Origin: Ascidiella aspersa
Taxonomy: Eukaryota
NCBI GenBank assembly: GCA_963924565.1
Contig: OZ004612.1
Coordinates: 14,694,001 to 14,758,000, forward strand
Direction of reading: 5' to 3'
DNA length: 64,000 nucleotides
Positions 52,901 to 61,900 of the stretch are shown piece after piece; position 1 is the first letter of the stretch; each line of letters starts with the position of its first letter. A program made the position numbers and the translations under genes. The notes beneath the pieces were generated by a model, which saw only the letters and a list, made by a program, of their open reading frames with translations, did no database searches and was not told the origin of the DNA.

Positions 52901-55900
52901 TGTATTTCCTCCCTCCCTTTATTCTTTATAGATCTTCTATAATCTTTGCTTGTGTAAGGTGGTACACTGATTACGGAGTAAGGATTACCTACACCGACGA
53001 CTGACGTAGAGTGTTCTATTTCTATACATTGATCAAATATGTTTTTGAAAAAAATTACATATTTTCAAGGATGCTTTGATTTGTCCTATTGTGGTTGTTC
53101 ATTTTCTTGTTTATAAACACCGAAAAAATATGTAAATAGTCATATTCGCTATAATATGTTATTTCGCAAAAAAATTATCAAGGTTTACGCAAGTTCACCT
53201 TTATTTAAATCAGTGTATAGTTTCGTAATATTAGCTTTTACTTAAGCCTCGTAATATTAGCTTTTACTTAAGTTAGCCTATAGCCCTATACGGACCCGTC
53301 TGCCGTATTGAATTAGGTAGGGTGAACGTTTAGATATGGTGTTTGGCTGATTTTTGCTATATGTGGCAATTGTTTTTTTTTGTATATGGCTGGTTTTGCT
53401 GCTTTTATGAATTTGTCAAAAAGCATTAATCTGGCTTTGCTAGCAATTGCATGAAACTGCATAAAAGAATTACATACTTTTTTCTCGATTGGAACAAACG
53501 ATTTGCTTAAACCGGTTGATTCACGATTGTTCGGAAATAAAATGTGTATGAAAACCTTAAAACCTGTGAAAATTTGTATGTTTAAACAAACCCTAAAAAT
53601 TTTGTGATTAATGCAAAAAAATTATTTTTTTGCAAAAGGGAATGTTTTAGAAACTAGTTCTTTTAGCTGAATCATAAAGTAAATGACGATTGTTTTGTGA
53701 AACGACCATTGACACTGGCCTCTTGTGTAGTGCAACACATTGATGGATACTTGCTGTAAAGCTCAATAAAAATATAACCTTACCCATCATCCCACTGCTG
53801 TCCCGGTGATTTGGCCGCCTTACCACGTACAATTGAGGCGATTTTGTTTTCGCCAAGGCCAACTTTCTACCTTGTTTTCTGTACGACTTAGACTTCACCC
53901 ACAAACGCGGTCATAAATATTTCACTGGGATGAATTGGAAGTGGTGATTTATTTGCCGCACGTCTCTTGCATTATTAAGAACAGCATAAGGGGGAGTTGC
54001 GGCTAAACGCTACACGTGTATCTTCGCTTAGCACATCCGTCAAAATGCGGTCCAGTCATGCCGGGCATTTTTCGCCTTGAAAAAACAGGTTTTATTATCT
54101 CGACTGTCATGAATATTTTAACCGCCGTAAAAGCCCAGGGTAAGTTTTTCGACCTTCGCGGTCAAAAAAGGCGATTCGCAGATATTGCGCAGTGCAGCCA
54201 CATGTTGACGTTATAAAAGTGCCTTTCTGTTGGTCCACATCGCAGTTAATAATTCAAGGCACGTCGATTAAAACGGGTTTAATAGTCTAATGCGACAGTT
54301 CGGCTATCGGTGACAGTTTTATTGGGCCCTTCAAGTGTCGCGTAGGGCGCCTCGTGACAGCGCAGATGTAAAACTTTATCCAACCGCCATTGCAATAAAA
54401 AGTAAATTCAGAGCAGCCTCCGTCAATCTTAAAAAACGTATTTAGACGCTCTATAATAAGACATTTTTGCGAATATTTATACTTAATAGTCTGTAGTTGG
54501 GAAGTCCTTTCTGGCACTTTTTTCCTTAGTCGACCGAGTTGCAATTTAAGTGTTATTTTTTATCAATAAAACTAGGACAAATTCTGCTCGAAAAGTAAAC
54601 ATTATAACGGTTCATAACAAAATATATATAAGAACAAAGTGTAAATCTATAGTGTTTGGTTTAAAGTTTCGACGGAAAACACGTTTGAAGTTAATCTATT
54701 TTATTACAAACTTTACTGTCCTGGTCTACGTCTGTCTGTCGCTCACAACACCATTTTTACGAGATCCGTTATGTTTACCAACCACGTATTTACGAAAGCG
54801 CGTTTTTAGTTAGTTGAGTATAGGCCAAGCATAATACTCTTCTATGATAACTTGTATCCGAATGTTTTTTTTAAGAACCGTTGACCGGGCGATTCACCAA
54901 ATTGGAATTCGACTCTATCTATCTTGCCAAGTTTGTTCCGACCTTAGCAGGACGAAACCAGTCACAAGCGACACGGTCATTTGCAGGAGTCCTTCAGAAT
55001 GTTGTTTTCAATTCAAATTACCTCATTGACAGGTAAACTTACAAAAATGTATGTCTTACAGTGAGATATCCGATATAGGGCATTTTTTGCAATGTCGATA
55101 TTCCGATAAAATTTACGGTTTAACTTATTACAAAGTTTTACAAATTAGGTTCAAAATTCGTTACATTGAGATGCGCAAATTCCATGTCAGCATGATTGTT
55201 TGCTATAGTTTACTTAAGCGTATATAAAGTATTTTTCATTTATTTGTAAACTATATTATTGACGAAAATGAATCCAAAGTAAAAAACGCTACTATAAATG
55301 ACAAACCGTACTTTAAATTTGGTAACAGATCTGGACACTAATCAAGGAGGAGTGTCGATACTACAACTGGTATCGGGTATAGACTCGATAGTATTGGGCA
55401 TTCCTAAACAATTCACAAGGGTTGGGTAATTCGTTTAACCAAATTAAATTTCGTTTTTACAATCTCGCAATTGAAATGATCACCCCGACATGCCTCTCGA
55501 AAAATAAGTGTCAATGTTTAAATAACTTGTAAAGACCAGCTGCTTACTTATAACACCGTTCCCCTAATATGCGATTCCTTTTGTCAGAATTCAGGTATTG
55601 TTTTCCAAACTGAAGGCAAACTTTAATTACATGTTAATCTTGTTATGTATTTAGCTGCTGGGATCGGACTTTAAACTGCATACAGAACACAACCTGGGGT
55701 GACACATTTACAGTTGCCAATCCGGTTACATTCAAGGGAGCACAAAGCTACATTGCAATGCCAACGCTCAATGCATACACGTGAGATAATTGTATTTAAT
55801 CAGCTTGTCGAAATATCTAACTTTAACGAGGTGGCAACATAAATAATTAATTTGAATATTTGCCCGAGCCGTGCTGCTTTACTCGCTTAAAAGGCTTATT

Positions 55901-58900
55901 ATTTGTAACAGTATGTATAGTCCACGCTAGTTCAATGTTCTTACAAAAAGGTGTTGTTTAATATTCCCGAATACTTTTCTTTGATTAATTTATTTCATTT
56001 ATAATGTGACCATGCCTTATGGTTTACTCCTGTGAATAGCGGATTTCGGTTTATTCGCTTAGCATGATTGTTTTGCAATGTGACAGGTCGATGTCGCTGT
56101 TTATGAGCATCAAGACTATTGTTATGGACGGGTTGATTCTCTACAACGGTGGCCCTAGCGGCGATTTTATTGCCGTCGAACTTTCGGGAGGCCAAGTCTT
56201 TTACATCTACAACTTAGGGAACGGTCCTCAAGTAAGCAAAATATTTATACATATGCACATGTGACGTATCAGTCCCGCGGTCATTTTTAAAATAGATGTT
56301 TAGAAGACAAACTGAATAGTTCATACTGAACTTTGTTTGGTTTGCACGGTCTATCATTGTCATTTACCACTGTGCGTTTTACTGCTTGCACAGCCTCAAT
56401 TTTTGGTACATATTCGGCACATTACTGTCAATCTAACACAGTGATTTACAAACTTTTTCTTGTCGCGTCGACCTATTAGCTTTTTACAGTTGCTGAGCAC
56501 TGCTACTGTTTTTGTTCGGCTAAAGTTAAGTTCAGTTAATTCAATTTATTTGATCCATAAACTAGTGTGACGATCCGAACACTGCTCGTTTACCACCAGG
56601 AAAGCCCACATGTACCACTAGAGGTGCGTGAATCACAGCTTGAGAATCCTTGCTCTAACATAATAACAACGATTTTAAATCGTATACTATATACGGCAGC
56701 ACAACAAGCACAATTTTTTGGACAGCTTCGCTTATACCGGTGACACTTCGTTCAAAAAGCAAGCGCTGCCAAAATAAAGGCAATCATTTGTAGTTTTACT
56801 AAAAAACTTGCAATTAGGATGCTTCTTTTTACCACAAATGTGCATGTTAGGTTTTGACTGTGCCGGAGAGTGCTGCCGTGAACGACAACAAGTGGCACGA
56901 TATTCGCGTGACCAGATCGAGCCGGAACGTTCATACGCTTACTGTTGATGGAAAGGCGATCAAACAGACAGGACTCGAACAAAGAAGACACTTGGACCTA
57001 AATGGTAGCGTTTAATTGAAACGACGTGATGCCATCACAATTGCTAACAACCGCGTCATTTCGTCTGATTAGAGAATTATAAGTAGATTTAGCCCAAGAC
57101 TGACTTGGGCCAAGTAAAAACATTTACAGCCAAATACTACATGTCGATTCGTTTTGAATATGAATTTATAGTAAAACGCATATAAACTGTGAGCATTGCT
57201 ATTTAAAAATATAAATCATCAGCTGTCAATAAGTTGCGCTTCTGCCTAGTTTGACCAACTAAAAAACATTTTTGGACACATGTTGTTATGAATTAGTGTT
57301 AGGTAGTTTTGCTTATGTACTACTACTTTGTAGGTTACTTCTACGTTGGCGGTGTCAGTCAAATCATGTACTTAAACGACCTACCGGACATTGTTGCGTC
57401 ACGAACTGGATTCCAAGGTTGCCTGGGGTCACTGGAGGTCAATGGCAATCTGCAGGACTTGCGAAACCAGCAGGGAAAGATCACAATCGGAAAAGTGGCA
57501 GCCGGTTGCCTAGGTAAGAAAAAATAAATGCCGTTTAAGATAATTAATTTATTGTGTAAACGAAAAGCGTTAAATGCCGAAGAACGTACAGAGTATTATT
57601 GTATAAGTTTACGGGGTTTGGTGCATTTTGCATTATATTTGGTGTAACAATTTTTTAATGGCTTATTCCCTGTAGGCCTACCGATTGTTTTTTTTTAATT
57701 AAAAATGTCGAAGCTTCTTCTTTAAAATCAGTAAAAAAATTGTACAAGCATCAGAGACATAGTGGAGTTTGCTTCATGTCAGCTGTTTTTTTCTTGAGTA
57801 AAATACTTTTCGTTTAAGTTGTTTGCAATACCAATAGCAAAGTAGGTTATCAATCTAAAAGTTCAAATATTTTACAACGTAAAACCAATTCACCTTATAA
57901 ATATTTGCTTAGCCAATAATTTGGAAGAAACGGCTCACGTTTTAATATATTTTTAGTCTGCCTATAGCAAAAATTTACTTGGTCGGTGTTCCTTTCACAC
58001 CCTTCCATTATAGCCCATTATAGCAAAGTGTTTTTAATAAGCTTGTACAATCTTGCGGCCGCTTGATAGACAGAAAATGTTTTTTGGAACTATATCCCGC
58101 AGCATATTAGTTATATGTAAGTCTTTAACACTGGATCATGAATGCGGTAAAATATGTACAGATGTGTCCGCTTAACATTTATGGTTTTATGCCATTTCTA
58201 CGTTATATGCTTGAAAGCTAAAACAGTTTAGGTAGCAAGGAATCTCCCGCAGACAATAAAATGTAAAAGAAAGATTCTTGTTTTCGTATCAGATAATCTT
58301 AAACTGTTTATAAAAACAGATAAAACATAAAATCATTCCTTAAATTTTAACAGAAATATATATTTCGCCTATAAGGCATTATCAGTTTCTTAATTCGAAT
58401 TAATCTTCATTCGAATTGATTAATATGCTTGAATGCATTTTTTTTTCTTTTTGTTATAATTTTTAAACGTTACCCTTCACCAATAGCCCCTTCTCCACCT
58501 TGCACACCCACTACGTGCAGCAACGGCGGTGTGTGTCTGCAACAGTGGGACGGATTCAAGTGCGATTGCAGTCTCACCGCATACGTAGGAAAGCTCTGCC
58601 AACAACGTGAGTTTGGACACCGTTTAACTGACATGCAAATAATTAATTATTTGAATTGTCCGTGTTTGATTCCATTTTAACCGTATTGTGAGCTCGGATT
58701 AATGTTTGGAACTATATGGTTATAGGTAAAATATTATTCCTTTTCAGAAACTGATAATAATGTTAATCTGTTTAAAATGTAAAGAGGGTGCATTTTATTT
58801 ACCAAATCAACACCCTTGCTAATATTTCCAACAGTTTTTCTTGTCAACGTTTAAGCAATCGCCTATCACGGAAATCACAGCTGCTAAATTTGTAACTTGA

Positions 58901-61900
58901 AATCGATATTTAATTAAAACACCATTCAGATTGGTTGATGATAAATAAGTAACGCAAGTTTGTGTTAAATTTTTATTGATTTTGCTCATTAGACGAATAA
59001 TTTGGTGAAACGTGTGATGTACTCGATGTATGACTTTGCCATGACATACCATTATATAAATGTATGATGGTTTTTCAAAATACGAATGCGCATGAATTAT
59101 AATACGAAACCTTTATCAATATATTACTTTGATGTTTAATTTTTTTTTTATCTTAAAAAAATCTGCCTGCACGTTGTATTATATAAAAGGTGTACATCTC
59201 ATATTCTTTAAATTATAACGAGGTATTAGAGCAAGCCAATTTTAGACGTTAGTTCATCCAAGAACAAAACTCTCAGAAGGAAAATAACTTAAACGAATAA
59301 ATTATATTTTATTGTTTCTTTCCATTTAGACGTCAGTAAACTGCCCGGTAAGCAAGAGTGCTGTTTTGCTCCCAAAGTAACCATAATGTAGTTTCCAAGC
59401 TGAGTGCTGTGAGATACTGCTCTGAGCGCAGCGCTCGGACGACGGACTAAAAGCATGCAAAATTCACTACAACGTTAATTTTAAACAAGCATATTTTTAT
59501 ATATTATAGTTACATAAAGCCTTCTCGTTGACTTTCGCACAACTCGAGATGCGAAGCACGTAGTTTTATATATTTTGTGCTATGCACCGCGAATGTTTCA
59601 CCACGCTCGCAGTCTCTAACAAATGAAAAAGTTTTTTTTTTCGTTTAGCATTTGCTTTACAGCGAATGCGAAGTTATCCAAAAATTGTTTTCTGAACGTT
59701 AGTTTTATTCACTGCTTTCAATTCTTCCCAGGCAACATTGAATATATGTTGTTTGGCGTACTATTTTGATTTGCACAATGTGTACTGTAGTGTTTGTTTT
59801 ATTTCTGAAAGGTATTACTGAAAAAGGGATAAAATGTAGAGAAATGCAAAAAATGTTAATTGTATTACGATTGTATCATCAAAATTCCTCAGCCAAACCA
59901 CACAAACAGATGTTAACAAAACATTTTTTTTAATTAAAAAACAGGTTTACACCCTGTTGTTTTAGTGAGCTGCAAAAGTTTCTGTATAATACATTTATCG
60001 ATAGGTTTACGCAAACTGAATGCATGGTGTATTATGTCCGCATGATTTGCATGATGACCTATATGAGGATTTTACATTTTTTATTTTCAGAAATATTATT
60101 AAAAATCGTGTGTGGAAAATTTGGAAAACTAAATGGCCTAGCTAGTATGACTGTTCAATAAGCTATAACTTGCTGCCACTATCCAAACCACTGTTAACGC
60201 ATGCTACCATAGTTGTTTACTAAGTTTAAAATTGACTCCTTTTATCTTACTTAGATAACAAAAATAAAATTCTAGTGTTTTCATTCAAATGTAATTCGTG
60301 AGCCGAATGTTGACTACAATTTTGGTTCGGGTTGACAAGGCTGTAAAACCTTAGAAAAATCATTTAAAATATCCATCCTTATATGTCACCCACTGCACAC
60401 TAATGCCGTTCTGACCGAGTCCCTTACCACTGTTGAATTTACAGGAGGTAATAGCTACAAGTTTGGGCCTGGCGCCGGCCTTATGCTTTACAAATGGCCC
60501 AATACGTACCCGAGCACGCGCTCGGACCGCTTGGCCCTCGGCTTTTCGACGTCACTACGAGATTGCGTCATCCTGAAAGTGACCGGGTACACCGAGGCCC
60601 CCGCACAGGACTTTCTGCTCTTGGCCATCGTGAGTCCGCTTAAAAGTCAAGCGCGCGATTCATAGCTCTCAGCTGTTAGTAGGTTGACGTGAGCAAATAC
60701 CCTCACTTTACACACCGTGGTAACCATTCGAAACGAACTGCCCAGGCGTGCATTTCATGCGTTTTTAAAAACTGCTTCGAAATTTGAGCAGGCGTTTTTG
60801 TTCCGCCAACTAAACAGCATCCCCAGAACTACGAATCGCGCCCGACGAATTTCAACCTTTACTTACCACATCCTATTTATATTTTATTTTCATAATTTGC
60901 TCGCAAACCGCGGCCGCCAACCGTCAGAACTCTCCTCAAAGACTACCTACCGCTTCGACCGCGGAGTTATGGTGTTTCGATTTCCATCGCCGTTGCGCAG
61001 CGTTCGCTCAGACGTGCTGACTCTTGGTTTTGCCACCAGGGCTCGGAACTCTCTGCTGGTTGAGGTCGAGTCGGCTATGCGCCGGCCAAAGGACTTCCTT
61101 CGACTTGCCATAGTGAGAGGCGCGCCCTGGCGTGTTGGCTTGCTTCTGCTGCGGCGTGGCTGTGTGTGTTCTGGCTGTCGTCACCAGTTGTGCAAGCGTC
61201 ACAATGCCGAGTGCATGGGTTTTACTTCTCTAACTCGAACCGTTATGGATTACATCTTGTCGTTTCCCCCGTGTGTGTCGGTACTTGCCTATGGTTTTCA
61301 TTTTGAACGTGTTGCCTTAAAGTTCGACTGAAATGTTAACATCCTTCATTTGAATATCCATAACTCAAGCAAGTTTTTGTACATCTGGAGATAACCTCAG
61401 TTTGTGCCTGCATTTTTTCCTTTTGTTAACAAAAGAATGTCGATTGGTTTTTTGATGGCCATGTAAATCATTGTACGTTCGTTCAAACTAACATGACCAG
61501 CTCTTCTGGCAGTGTGGGATTTTCGACCTGTCTTTTTGTCGAAGCTTGATTGTTGAAAGAGTTTTGTTTTTCGGTCCCTAATCGTTTTAAAACGTTCTAC
61601 GGCGGCCTCGGTTTGCGATTATATCGTAAAATCATTGTAATGCCTAAGCATTGAATATTTATCATAGTTTTTTTACAATATTTTACTTTAATTTTAATAT
61701 CATGTAAAACATGCTTAGAATTCGGAGATATTTTCTAAAATGTCTGCAAAATATAATAAAACCCATTTTTGAGGCCTTTTTCGCGTCAAGTTTTTAACAT
61801 ATTGTTATAAGTTGCTTGAAACCGATAAAAATAAGCGGATGCATAAAACAGTTTTATTTTTAACACTCGATTGATTAGTTGGATTCGTAGAAACACTGCA

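Noticed and set aside
55329-55428. Possible LNS4 exon after ggtaacag
   Set aside because: No neurexin similarity; it resembles a decayed ATCGG/CCGAT-type repeat, and 55032 joins 55655 in phase without it.
57514-58486. Vertebrate SS6-type microexon between LNS5 and EGF3
   Set aside because: No frame-preserving AG...GT pair with credible splice sites was found by eye.
60717-61331. 204-aa ORF as a stand-alone gene or beta-neurexin-like start
   Set aside because: It begins at GTG and is intron read-through around exon B; only 60928-61112 is neurexin-like.
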